Shown: piece after piece, positions 40,752-53,297 of the stretch
How the letters are laid out: the number at the start of each line of letters is the position of its first letter
Position numbering within the stretch: the first letter of the stretch is position 1
DNA from: Macrostomum hystrix
Taxonomy: Eukaryota > Animalia > Platyhelminthes
Length of the DNA stretch: 64,000 nucleotides
Direction of reading: 5' to 3'
Assembly (NCBI GenBank): GCA_950097015.1
Contig: CATNEN010000033.1
Span: 3,224,001-3,288,000 of the forward strand
Notes under the pieces: model-generated
Database searches by the model: none
What the model saw: the letters and a program-made list of their open reading frames with translations, nothing else
Told to the model about the DNA's origin: nothing
Made by a program: the position numbers and the translations under genes

Positions 40752-41312
40752 CAGTAGAACTACTGAATTACCAAGGGGGAATTCCCCTGACAATTATTTT
40801 TGCTACACCCGAACGGAGCAACGCAAGCACACGAAACTGAACAAAATGGGCCAACTTTTTCTGGCGCATCTTCTGAAACAAGAATCAAGTCGCCAGCTCT
40901 TCAGACCGTCGAGATATTCAACGGTTCTAGCCGAAGGTCAGAGCTGTGCGCCTCACTGCGGCCTGCCAGGCCTTCAAACTTTATCAGCATGTCACCCGAA
41001 TGTGCCTGCATCATCTCCGACTTCGGTCGTCACTGACCTTTATCTAGACTGAGCTGCTGGACCTTGAGTTTAGTTGAGTTTAGTCCAACTTCATCATCTT
41101 CATCATCAGAAAAATTCGCTCTAGGCATAGCCAGCTGGAGTCACTCTGCTGACGTCGTCGGGGTGGTGACTGATTGGTAGAACGACTAGGCGAGGTTTCT
41201 GTGGTTGAGCTTCGTCACATACTTAGTGGGAATCAAATAATTGTCATTGGGGGGATGGGGGAATTCCCCCCTTGGTATAAAGAAGGGCGGCAAAATGGCT
41301 TGGCAGTCCTAC
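40752..41312. mobile_element. Non-autonomous DNA transposon (MITE-like), copy 1
   Basis: Termini CAGTAGAACTAC and AGTCCTAC; long imperfect TIRs with TACCAAGGGGG..TTCCCC..TGACA; the interior aligns with 50730-51080. Confidence 0.75.
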
Positions 41313-41781
41313 GTCAGAGGCCAGACATCTGGACTACTTGCAAATTTTCATTGTGAATAATTCCATAATTCGACCAGAACAAAGTTCTATTCTATTGTCT
41401 TTATTTGAAGCTATCAGGCAGTTACAAAAAATTAAGCAATTCGTTTAGCAATGCTTCCTTCCGATTCTATTCGATTGATTTTTAAAGACTAGAGAAAGTT
41501 TAGCATCTTGCAGCTGTGGGCAACCGGCATGTACATTTTGCATTAACACGTAATTTTAAATTTGTCGCGCCACATAAGTTAAACTAAACTTCCGGTGCTG
41601 GAAGATTGTGATAAAAACGTTCGAGGGCAGTATAGCGGTAATACAAATGGTTTCGCAGGACGCTCTTTGCTGTGACTGATCATACTAATATTATGACGCA
41701 ACAATATAAAAAAATTATGGTCTAACAATCTAAAATAGATCCAGTTAAATATTTTCTGCTGGCCGCTCTGAGCACGGCTGC

Positions 41782-44700
41782 TCAGCCGCGGAAGCGCAGC
41801 TCGCCGCCTGCAACCGCCCTGGCTAGATCGTCGCCGAAGAACGGCAGCCTGCGCAGCTCCGCCACCGTCTCGTTCCTGACATCCCGGCAGGGCCCAATCA
41901 GCTGGTGGCGACTAGCGCACACAGGCCTGTTCACCAGCTCGAAGCAGGGCATTCGGAGCACCTCGAAGAAGGACTGGACTGCGAACTGGGCGGTGGCCGA
42001 CATCCGGGCAGCCTGCTTCAGGCAGAAGTAGAACCTACGGGGCAGGAGAGAGCAGGGTGTCACTGCATGGCCAGAGAGAGCAGGGTGTCACTGCATGACC
42101 AGAGAGAGCAGGGTGTCACTGCATGACCAGAGAGAGCAGGGTGTCACTGCATGACCAGAGAGAGCAGGGTGTCACTGCATGACCAGAGAGAGCAGGGTGT
42201 CACTGCATGACCAGAGAGAGCAGGGTGTCACTGCATGACCAGAGAGAGAGCAGGGTGTCACTGCATGGCCAGAGAGAGCAGGGTGTCACTGCATGACCAG
42301 AGAGAGAGCAGGGTGTCACTGCATGGCCAGAGAGAGCAGGGTGTCACTGCATGACCAGAGAGAGAGCAGGGTGTCACTGCATGACCAGAGAGAGCAGGGT
42401 GTCACTGCATGACCAGAGAGAGCACGGTGTCACTGCATGACCAGAGAGAGCAGGGTGTCACTGCATGACCAGAGAGAGCAGGGTGTCACTGCATGACCAG
42501 AGAGAGAGCAGGGTGTCACTGCATGACCAGAGAGAGAGCAGGGTGTCACTGCATGACCAGAGAGAGAGCAGGGTGTCACTGCATGACCAGAGAGAGAGCA
42601 GGGTGTCACTGCATGACCAGAGAGAGAGCAGGGTGTCACTGCATGACCAGAGAGAGAGCAGGGTGTCACTGCATGACCAGAGAGAGAGCAGGGTGTCACT
42701 GCATGACCAGAGAGAGAGCAGGGTGTCACTGCATGACCAGAGAGAGAGCAGGGTGTCACTGCATGACCAGAGAGAGAGCAGGGTGTCACTGCATGACCAG
42801 AGAGAGAGCAGGGTGTCACTGCATGACCAGAGAGAGAGCAGGGTGTCACTGCATGACCAGAGAGAGAGCAGGGTGTCACTGCATGACCAGAGAGAGAGCA
42901 GGGTGTCACTGCATGACCAGAGAGAGAGCAGGGTGTCACTGCATGACCAGAGAGAGAGCAGGGTGTCACTGCATGACCAGAGAGAGAGCAGGGTGTCACT
43001 GCATGACCAGAGAGAGCAGGGTGTCACTGCATGACCAGAGAGAGCAGGGTGTCACTGCATGACCAGAGAGAGCAGGGTGTCACTGCATGACCAGAGAGAG
43101 CAGGGTGTCACTGCATGACCAGAGAGAGCAGGGTGTCACTGCATGACCAGAGAGAGCAGGGTGTCACTGCATGACCAGAGAGAGCAGGGTGTCACTGCAT
43201 GACCAGAGAGAGCAGGGTGTCACTGCATGACCAGAGAGAGCAGGGTGTCACTGCATGACCAGAGAGAGCAGGGTGTCACTGCATGACCAGAGAGAGCAGG
43301 GTGTCACTGCATGACCAGAGAGAGCAGGGTGTCACTGCATGACCAGAGAGAGCAGGGTGTCACTGCATGACCAGAGAGAGCAGGGTGTCATTGCATGACC
43401 AGAGAGAGCAGGGTGTCACTGCATGACCAGAGAGAGCAGGGTGTCACTGCATGACCAGAGAGAGCAGGGTGTCACTGCATGACCAGAGAGAGAGCAGGGT
43501 GTCACTGCATGGCCAGAGAGAGCAGGGTGTCACAGTCCGCATAACTCACCTGACATCGCAGTCACACTCTGACAAAGTGGTCAGGAAAGGATTCTTCAGT
43601 CCGTAGCGAGTCTGGAGGGCGGTGATGGAGCGCGGGCAGGTGTCGTGGTCTCGACAGCATTTGTCGGTCTCATACTCGTTGCCCAGGTTGTCATAGTGGC
43701 TGGCCACGTTTCCTGCAAAAATGATCAAACAGTTTACTGTAGAAAATGTTCGTTGTATTTAACAATTTTTTTTGCTTGAAAATCGAATACTGAACGGGTG
43801 CAGGCCGAGCACAAGAGCTACTGAACTTTTGTGCGGCAGTCTGCACAATCGCAAAAATGGAAGTTACTGCAGTTTATAACAATTTACAGTTCAGTGAGCA
43901 CCCGAAGAGCTGTGGACTAAAATTATATTATAACTGTAGCTAAAGTGTCAAATATTCATTTCGAGAAAAAAATAGCTAGAAATTAGAACGATTCACTCGC
44001 TGACTAAATAAACTCACAGCCAAGACAAATGCCTTGCCTGTCTCTGAACATAAGAATGTTTGCGCCTAGAAACACCCTTAGCTGGCTAATTAGACGGATG
44101 ACATCTGTTAGACAAGGCGTCACCTGTTATTGAGAATGCTTCACCTGTTAAAGACAAGACTTCACCTGTTAAAGACACGGCTTCACCTCTTAGACAAGGC
44201 TTCACCTGTTAGGCAAGGCTTCACATGTTAAAGTCACGGATTCACCTGTTAGACAAGACTTCACCTGTTAAAGACACGGCTTCACCTGTTCGACAAGGCT
44301 TCACCTGTTAGACAAGGCTTTATCTGTTAGACAAGGCTTCACCTGTTAAAGTCACGGCTTCACCTGTTAGACAAGGCTTCACCTGTTAGACAAGGCTTCA
44401 CCTGTTAGACAAGGCTTCACCTGTTAGACAAGGCTTCACCTGTTAGACAAGGCTTCACCTGTTAGACAAGGCTTCACCTGTTAGACAAGGCTTCACCTGT
44501 TAGACAAGGCTTCACCTGTTAAAGTCACGGCTTCACCTGTTAGACAAGGCTTCACCTGTTAGACAAGGCTTCACCTGTTAAAGTCACGGCTTCACCTGTT
44601 AGACAAGGCTTCACCTGTTAAAGTCACGGCTTCACCTGTTAGACAAGGCTTCACCTGTTAGACAAGGCTTCACCTGTTAGACAAGGCTTCACCTGTTAGA

Positions 44701-44957
44701 CAAGGCTTCACCTGTTAGACAAGGCTTCACCTGTTAGACAAGGCTTCACCTGTTAAAGTCACGGCTTCACCTGTTAACAACAGCTCACCTTTTCCGCACC
44801 ACTTAGTGCTGGGAATGATGAATACACTGACAGACTCATTCCCAGCCTTCTGAGCCGCATCACTGGCTGGCAGAGCCAAGCAAAAGCTGGACAGGAGTTG
44901 GACAAGCAGCAGAACTGACAGCAGCATCTCTGCACTAATTTTGATATTCAAATTCAT
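41782..44957 (-). CDS. Group III (bee-venom-type) secreted phospholipase A2
   Basis: Exons 44957-44789, 43712-43550 and 42034-41782. Signal peptide; IIPSTKWCGKGN Ca-loop; DKCCRDHDTC catalytic His-Asp; CDCDVRFYFCLK; C-terminal cysteines. Confidence 0.93.
42045..43533. repeat. 28/30-bp GGGTGTCACTGCATGACCAG(AG)3-4CA array filling PLA2 intron 2
   Basis: A block of 17 perfect 30-bp units at 42481-42990, flanked mostly by 28-bp units. Confidence 0.97.
44085..44775. repeat. 19-bp CCTGTTAGACAAGGCTTCA array with 21-bp variants (PLA2 intron 1)
   Basis: Period 19; begins about 12 nt from the donor. Confidence 0.94.
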
Positions 44958-45544
44958 GCCTATAACAGAATACTGAGAAGGTCACACTTCAGGTGCGAGC
45001 ACGGGCCCCTGGACTGCTCTCTCAACTATTCCAGTTATTTTGTAAATATCGCATTAAATATGTTTCGTGTATAGGCGGTGTTTCGAAAGCAATAAGACAG
45101 AGCCTCAGATGCGGGTCGGCTGCGGGCACACCCCCTGCTTTGCCTCTCTCCCCCTTGCGCTGTCCTCCGTGGACGTGAAAGGAGAGACAGAGGGGCCCAT
45201 CAGCTATTGGCTGACTTGTCATGGGCCAAGGGTGCAAGTGAAGGGACATTTTGGTACGGTTGAGTTTCTTTTTACAATCCTAAAATTGAGACAAGCGAGA
45301 GAAGAGAGAGACAGAAAGACGAAAAGAGACCATTGAGAACTCAAAATGAGCGGACTCAGTTTGCGGTGGCGCGACTAGCTTGAAACTGGCGCTGGCGAAC
45401 TTGCTAGTTAGAGACAGTTCTAGGACTCGCTTCATCGCTTCTGTTCCACAAATCCTTAGTCTGGACTGGCTTTGTAGAGTGGACAGCCCAGGTTGAACAC
45501 CAGAAACTAGCACAGAGACTAGAGAAGAGATAGGCGAGAAAATA

Positions 45545-47018
45545 TTGGAGAGAATAGACTAAATGGGAGAGAAAAGACTAGATTGGAGAGATAGACTGGA
45601 TGGGAGAGAATAGACTAGATGGGAGAGAATATACTAGATGGGAGAGAATATACTAGATGGGAGAGAATAGACTAGATGGGAGAGAATAGACTAGATGGGA
45701 GAGAAAAGACTAGATGGGAGAGAATAGACTAAATGGGAGAGAATATACTAGATGGGAGAGAATAGACTAGATGGGAGAGAATAGACTAGTTGGGAGAGAA
45801 TAGACTAAATGGGAGAGAATATACTAGATGGGAGAGAATAGACTAGATGGGAGAGAATAGACTAGATGGGAGAGAATAGACTAGATGGGAGAGAAAAGAC
45901 TAGATGGGAGAGAATAGACTAAATGGGAGAGAATATACTAGATGGGAGAGAATAGACTAGATGGGAGAGAATAGACTAGTTGGGAGAGAATAGACTAAAT
46001 GGGAGAGAATATACTAGATGGGAGAGAATAGACTAGATGGGAGAGAATAGACTAGTTGGGAGAGAATAGACTAGATGGGAGAGAATAGACTAGTTGGGAG
46101 AGAATAGACTAGATGGGAGAGAATAGACTAGATGGGAGAGAATAGACTAGATGGGAGAGAATAGACTAAATGGGAGAGAATATACTAGATGGGAGAGAAT
46201 AGACTAGATGGGAGAGAATAGACTAGATGGGAGAGAATAGACTAGATGGGAGAGAATAGACTAGATGGGAGAGAATAGACTAGTTGGGAAAGAATAGACT
46301 AGATGGGAGAGAAAAGACTAGTTGGGAGAGAATAGACTAGATGGGAGAGAATAGACTAGTTGGGAAAGAATAGACTAGATGGGAGAGAATAGACTAGTTG
46401 GGAAAGAATAGACTAGATGGGAGAGAATAGACTAGATGGGAGAGAATAGACTAGATGGGAGAGAATAGACTAGATGGGAGAGAATAGATTAGATGGGAGA
46501 GAATAGACTAGATGGGAGAGAATAGACTAGTTGGGAAAGAATAGACTAGATGGGAGAGAATAGACTAGATGGGAGAGAATAGACTAGATGGGAGAGAATA
46601 GACTAGTTGGGAGAGAATAGGCTTGATGGGAGAGAATAGACTAGATGGGAGAGAAAAGACTAGATGGGAGAGAATAGACTAAATGGGAGAGAATATACTA
46701 GATGGGAGAGAATAGACTAGATGGGAGAGAATAGACTAGTTGGGAGAGAATAGACTAAATGGGAGAGAATATACTAGATGGGAGAGAATAGACTAGATGG
46801 GAGAGAATAGACTAGATGGGAGAGAATAGACTAGATGGGAGAGAAAAGACTAGATGGGAGAGAATAGACTAAATGGGAGAGAATATACTAGATGGGAGAG
46901 AATAGACTAGATGGGAGAGAATAGACTAGTTGGGAAAGAATAGACTAGATGGGAGAGAATAGACTAGATGGGAGAGAATAGACTAGATGGGAGAGAATAG
47001 ACTAGATGGGAGAGAATA
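45545..47018. repeat. 19-bp TAGATGGGAGAGAATAGAC array with 190-bp and 950-bp higher-order structure
   Basis: Period 19; a variant pattern recurs at 45721, 45911, 46671 and 46861. Confidence 0.96.
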
Positions 47019-47743
47019 CATGGGAAGGTCACGTACAGTGTTTGTTAAAAAAATTCTGATGCTTTCTCTAACACGCCTCGCACGATTAAAAATATCATAG
47101 GCGAATTAGGAAATGTCTGCATCAAGCTACTTATAGTAAGTCACGAAAGCCTATGATAAAATATTAAAAAATAAAGCAACTATTTTGTGAGTTTGTTTAG
47201 TGAAAGGCACTTCCAATATTAATTGCATCAGATTAGTAATAACGATCAGAGCTAGAAGTTAAGCAAGTGTCTAATCGCCACTTATTTGTATAATTTCACT
47301 TTAACACAAGATCTTCATTAACAGCAGCACTCAATCTCCCAGCGGAGGCTAATAAAGACATAAATAAACTTATTTTGTATAGATCATTTTTTCAGAAGGC
47401 AGCGTGCCCAGAACGCAATAGCTCAGAAAAGTTTCGATAAATAAAAAACAATGAAAAGATAGTAGGCTAAAATATATGGGCATGCATATATATAGGATTC
47501 AATAGGTTTTGTGTGCTGTCAATCTGCTATTTCAGAACTGCGTCTATATAACTGTACCTAAAAGGTATGGGACATAAATGTGCGGTAAAAATCAAATAGC
47601 AAACGCTAACACCAGCGAGACAGCAGTAGAAAATATATACGCCCTTTGTTATAACGTAACACTAGGCTTTTGTAGGCCGGGTATCCGTTATGGTCTGGTT
47701 CACCATGGCAACAATGAAAGTTCCAAGGCATCGCCTGCTCTCC

Positions 47744-50700
47744 TTAGTCCTCATCGGCCTTCGACTCGCCTTTCTTTTCCTCTTCCTTCCCCTCGTCGTC
47801 GGGTTCGGCCGATTTCTCGGCCTCGGCCTTCGGTTCTTCCTCAATCTCCACTTTAGACTCTTTGTCTTTCTCGTCCGCTTCTTTTTTATTTTGCTCGGTC
47901 TCTTTGTCCTTCTCCACCGAGTCTTTGTCCTTCTCCTCCGAGTCTTTGTCCTTCTCCTCCGAGTCTTTGTCTTTGTCATCGGATTCTTTGTCCTTCTCAG
48001 CTTCAGCTTCTTTAACTTTCACATCGGCCTCATTATCCTTCTCCTCCTCCGCTGAGGCTTCCTTCCCATCGGAATCTTTGTCCGGCTCATCCGAGTCCTT
48101 GTTCTTGTCCGCTGGCTCTGGGGCTTTGTCTTGATCATCGATTTTATCACTCTGCGGGTGAACATAATAATTGGTTTGAAAGGGATTAGCACAATTCGCA
48201 GGCCAGTCCCAGATAAACCTGAGAATTACCTCAGTTTCACCTTTTAGAAAGTCCACCAAAGCCAGTAGAGTTGTCGGTTAGTAAAAATGAAAGCGAAACA
48301 CGTCAAGCTCTTCTCATGCAGGACGGCGGTCTCATCGGCAGCTGTTGCAGGTGGGAAAAACTTTCAACTCTTGCACACAAAAGCAAACTCGGCTTTGGTA
48401 TGGAAAAGCTGCATTAAACAGTGCACACTATGCAGAGATCACGCAAAATTTGAGAAAAGCTTTATGCGAAAACGTGATTAAACGTGTGTTCTGAATCTGA
48501 AGGATAGTCTATAGAAATAAAACTAATTAAACTTCCTAATCATAAACACGAACATAAGAAATCTGCAATCAAAGGAATTAAGCCTAAGAAATCAATAGGT
48601 TAGTACAGAAAACGACTTATCAAAAGAATCTGAGCATGTGACAGCCAAAACTGAGGATCTGGGAGAATGGCAGCTCAAACTGAGGATCTGGGAGAGTGGC
48701 AGCTCAAACTGAGGATCTGGGAGAGTGGCAGGTCAAACTGAGGATCTGGGAGAGTGGCAGGTCAAACTGAGGATCTGGGAGAGTGGCAGGTCAAACTGAG
48801 GATCTGGGAGAGTGGCAGGTCAACCTGAGGATCTGGGAGAGTGGCAGCTCAAACTGAGAATCTGGGAGAGTGGCAGCTCAAACTGAGGATCTGGGAGAGT
48901 GGCAGCTCAAACTGAGAATCTGGGAGAGTGGCAGCTCAAACTGAGGATCTGGGAGAGTGGCAGCTCAAACTGAGGATCTGGGAGAGTGGCAGCTCAAACT
49001 GAGGATCTGGGAGAGTGGCAGCTCAAACTGAGGATCTGGGAGAGTGGCAGCTCAAACTGAGGATCTGGGAGAGTGGCAGCTCAAACTCAGGATCTGGGAG
49101 AGTGGCAGCTCAAACTGAGAATCTGGGAGAGTGGCAGCTCAAACTGAGGATCTGGGAGAGTGGCAGCTCAAACTCAGGATCTGCGAGAGTGGCAGCTCAA
49201 ACTGAGGATCTGGGAGAGTGGCAGCTCAAACTGAGGATCTGGGAGAGTGGCAGCTCAAACTGAGGATCTGGGAGAGTGGCAGCTCAAACTGAGAATCTGG
49301 GAGAGTGGCAGCTCAAACTGAGGATCTGGGAGAGTGGCAGCTCAAACTCAGGATCTGCGAGAGTGGCAGCTCAAACTGAGGATCTGGGAGAGTGGCAAAC
49401 AAAGTGGAGTATCTGGGAGAGTAGCAAGCGAATTTCAAATATCCTAATTTCGTAATCGGTGACTAACCGTTATAAAACTGAATCTATCCCACTATTTGAA
49501 GTGGGATGCAGAAAATCTACATGCACAACAATGAACACAAAAACTGGAATGCACACGATAATATTTAGTAGCTATAATACAGAACAGGCATAAAAACTGA
49601 ATAAAAATCGCATGAAGCAAGCTAACAGAGACAAAAAAATTAGAGCAAAAGCAAAGCTTAAAATAACGCGGGATCTTAGCACTGTGAAAGCATTAAAATA
49701 TCCTGATTAGTATCATTTTTCTACAGCTAAAACACGTGACACAAAGGAAAGAGTGGGGGATGAGAGTCATTCCTTCGGTGGCACCTTTTCCGTGTTCAAC
49801 TCGTCATTTCCGCCCTTCTCATCCGGCGCGGCGGCGATCTTCTTCTGGAAGCAGATAAAAGTAGTGTAAAGATATTTGTTATACATGCGCACCACAGTCT
49901 ACTCACAGTAACGGGTATAGTAAAACTGTATTAAACTAGAAAAGCTTTCCGAAAGTGCATTTAAAAAGCAAAAAAGCAACGCCATGTAGAAGACAGCTAA
50001 GATTTAGGCTAGGGCATTAAAATTTTATAACCAAGGGAAAATGTAGCTAAGCTACAGAACAGTTTCTTTAAGAATCGTGTATAAAAGCATCGATACCACG
50101 TGCCAATTATTGATTCCCAAATATTAGCAAACCTCGAAGCAAAGCACGACGAAAGCTTCCAGTCCTTTTAAATCTAGAGTTAGAGAAGGACAGGTGTGGA
50201 ATAATAACAACCTTTCTACTATGAAAAGACCAATATTTCATCTAATGAAAATAAACGTTTTGAGCTTCAACAGAAGACTAGCGGAGTTGCAAGGTTAAAA
50301 ATGATTCACCTCCTTGGCGCCGGGTACCTGCAGGTACACCTCGATGTTGTCGTCCTCTACTGCGTCGTAGAAATCTTGCGCGTCCTGAGTGTTTGGGAAA
50401 ATAATTATGCGATTAACTGGGAGACAAGATATTTGCGCCTTTTGCGCCTCATCCTCGACTCACCCCAATGTAGTTGGTGTCGCGCAGCAGGTGAGGCGGC
50501 ACCACAGCCTTGGAATGCGACTTGGCGGCCTCCTGCATTTCGGCTTTGGCCTCGGCATTCTTTGGGTCGGAGATGTCAATCTCTTCATACTTCAGGCCCA
50601 GGCTGTCTAAGATTCGCTTCATGTAAGCCTGCTGCTCCTTGATCTGATTGGGTTAAATGAGAAAGTGCATGGGAATCGAAAGTACTTTTTAACAGTAGGA

Positions 50701-52469
50701 CTACCAAGCCATTTTGCCGCCCGTTTTTATACCAAGGGGGGGATTTTTCCCCCCTGACACTTTTTTTTGCTGCACCCGAATGGAACAATGCAAGCACACG
50801 AAACTCAAGAATACGGGCCAACTTTTTGTTGCGCATCTCCTGAAACAAGAAGCAAGTCGCCAGCTCTTCCGACCGTCGACATATTCAATGTTTCTGGCCG
50901 AAGGTCCGATTTTTCCCATAAGAGCTAGTGTATTTCATACACCCCTATACACGAATTTGCACTGCGCCTCAATGCGGCCTTTCCAGACCTTCAAACTTTA
51001 TCAGCATGTCACCCGAATGTGCTTGCATCATCTCCGACTTCGGCGGTCACCGACCTTTATCAAGACGGAGCTGCTGGACCTTCAACAAGTGGCACCAGCC
51101 GACTATGGAGTCCCTAAAGCGAATTTCTCTACTTTCGCTGATCACGCCTCGACATTGGGCAACACTCAACTACCTTACATGCTCTTCTAGTCCGTCAACC
51201 AATCAGTCACCACCCCGACGCCGTCAGCACCGTCAGCAGGGTGCCTCCAGCTGGCGATGGAGCAATTGTTCCGTTCGGGTGCAGCAAAAAAATTGTCAGG
51301 GGGGAATTTCCCCCCTTGGTAGTTCTACTGCTAAAAGAGCTGGTTACTAACTAGAGTGAGGGAGAGCATGGTTGTGGTAGTTATGAATAAGGTCCTTAAA
51401 ATAGCTTGTAAATGACTAATTCAATTGCAAGGATACAATCAAATTATATACGAATTTGTTCACAGCATTTTTTCATTCTGTATATATATTGGCATGTAAA
51501 AAACTAGCTAATATTAGCAAACATAACAAACCACAAGTCAATCTTATGCATTCACTATTGGAAGTTCAGAGCTTTCCTGTTCGTTAAAAGTAAATATGTG
51601 TATAACTAGATTAAATACATAGATTGAAAAAAAAATATATATATTATAATATATAGGGGTCGGTGGCAGAGTGGTTAACATGTTTGCCTCTTGCACCAAT
51701 GTCCCTACGTTTGATTCCATGGCAAGGCCACATTTATTTGGTGCACAGCTGCAGAGAGAAGGCTTGGGGGATTGTCATGTAATTTATGCCCTTGAGGGCC
51801 AATCAAAGTGTACACTGCCTGACAATGAGAAAGTCAGGGCAGATGCACACCCTGTGTGAGCATATGCTTGCATACAGTATCTGTCTGCATATGTGCTTTA
51901 GGGTTAGCAAAATGGGAAAAAGTGCCAAATCGCTGGCTGCAGGTCTAGTGTCACCAAATGATGTGACATTGCCTGCAGCCCTCCTGCAATTATTACTATT
52001 ATACATTATATTATATATATATATGAATACATTATCTATATTATAATATATAAAGAAGAGAAAAGTAACAGTAAGAAAATATTTCTAGCTAGAAAAAATA
52101 AACTCAACATATAACATAAGCAGTATGTTCTTATTTGGCCTAATAATCTTAAAAATAACTTCATATTTAGAAATATCTACGTCTAAATATATTTTACATT
52201 TTAATTTGTACAACTCATAGCTACAGCACTTATAAATGGTAAAATATAGTTTATTATACAAAGTTTCAAGAATGGCATCAATCTAATTTTTACTTCTTAG
52301 ATATAACATCTAAGCAGATTTTCTACTCAAAGTTTGAAAAAAGCTAAAAGCAAGCAGATAAAGTTCTCGCTCATGCTTTGCAAAAAAAACAGACATGACA
52401 TATGATTAAAATACTCATTCTTACTTTCATACTTCCAGAAGTTGATGAAACAAAAAGTCGCAAGGACAT
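47744..52469 (-). CDS. SH3BGR: SH3BGR-family thioredoxin-fold protein with an acidic/charged C-terminal tail, 255 aa
   Basis: Exons 52469-52425, 50643-50464, 50384-50310, 49844-49785 and 48151-47744, all phase 0. MSLRLFVSSTSGSMKIKEQQAYMKRILDSLGLKYEEIDIS...VPPHL...YIGDAQDFYDAVE matches the SH3BGR domain pattern. Confidence 0.88.
48648..49395. repeat. 29-bp AAACTGAGGATCTGGGAGAGTGGCAGCTC array (SH3BGR intron 4)
   Basis: Period 29, about 25 copies. Confidence 0.96.
50693..51330. mobile_element. Non-autonomous DNA transposon (MITE-like), copy 2 (SH3BGR intron 1)
   Basis: CAGTAGGACTACCAAG at the left and CTTGGTAGTTCTACTG at the right; inner TIR GGGGGGATTTTTCCCCCCTGACAC..TTTTGCTGCACCCGAA mirrored at 51268-51320. 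Confidence 0.82.
51656..52036 (+). mobile_element. tRNA-derived SINE, family A, with a 16-bp target-site duplication
   Basis: Homologous to 11111-11435; flanked by the direct repeat TATATTATAATATATA at 51640-51655 and 52037-52052. Confidence 0.88.
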
Positions 52470-53297
52470 TGTGTTGCAAAAATAGCGAAACAAAGAAAAT
52501 AAAAAATAAAAATAGGAAGTCTGTTAGTCAGAAGTTAACCCAATAATAAGAAACTATTTTTGCCGCATTATCCAACTACGATAACTTATTGAACTTAATT
52601 TATTGTTATTTTCGTGCATTTGAAATTCTAACAAAACAAGATAACGACATTTGTTCCATAATAAAAATCGATGCTCATTTATGCAAATTCAGTAGTATCA
52701 AAGGCAAGAAAAAGTGTTTACACAAGCAACAAGATTAGAAAGAAAAAAGAAACTTCCATTTATGCAAAATATGTGATGAACGCAGTAAATTTCGCGGCAA
52801 TATTGCATAACTGGTGTATTTAAGTTAAAACAAACAGGTATTATGGAAACTTGACTTTCAAATATATGATGACTAGAAGAGATTTTTTCAATAGTATACA
52901 TTTATTTGTTTGTTTGCAAAGAAAGCTTTAATTATATGTGCATCTTATACCTTAATTCAGTTTCTTGCTTTCTTCGAAACAAAGGACAAAACACCCCGCG
53001 AAAGGACCGAAAGAAATGAAAAGGATAACAATATAAGTAGCCAGAAATCTAGGTTAGATCCGTTTGAAGAATAGATCATCGCAAAGACTTGAAAAATATC
53101 ACTTTTTGCCAGTTTCGCTTTAAAATAAATAATTACTTGTCAAGCATTCTAGCAATGTGGAATTTCTCTTTATAAAAGAAGAAAGAAATTCTTGCACTTC
53201 AATCCAGTCGACTAGCTAATTAAGCGAGACAAAACTGTTTAGACGGTGTCAATTTTTGTAGTTTTCTTTAGTTATAAGCCTATAGTATCGAGATACC
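52470..53297. promoter_or_regulatory. Putative bidirectional promoter between SH3BGR (-) and GAK (+)
   Basis: Divergent ATGs about 830 bp apart in an AT-rich, array-free segment; inferred from gene geometry only. Confidence 0.45.

Noticed and set aside
45280-45513. Short minus-strand ORF (MKRVLELSLTSKF...) upstream of PLA2
   Set aside because: No recognisable motif or compatible splice partner.
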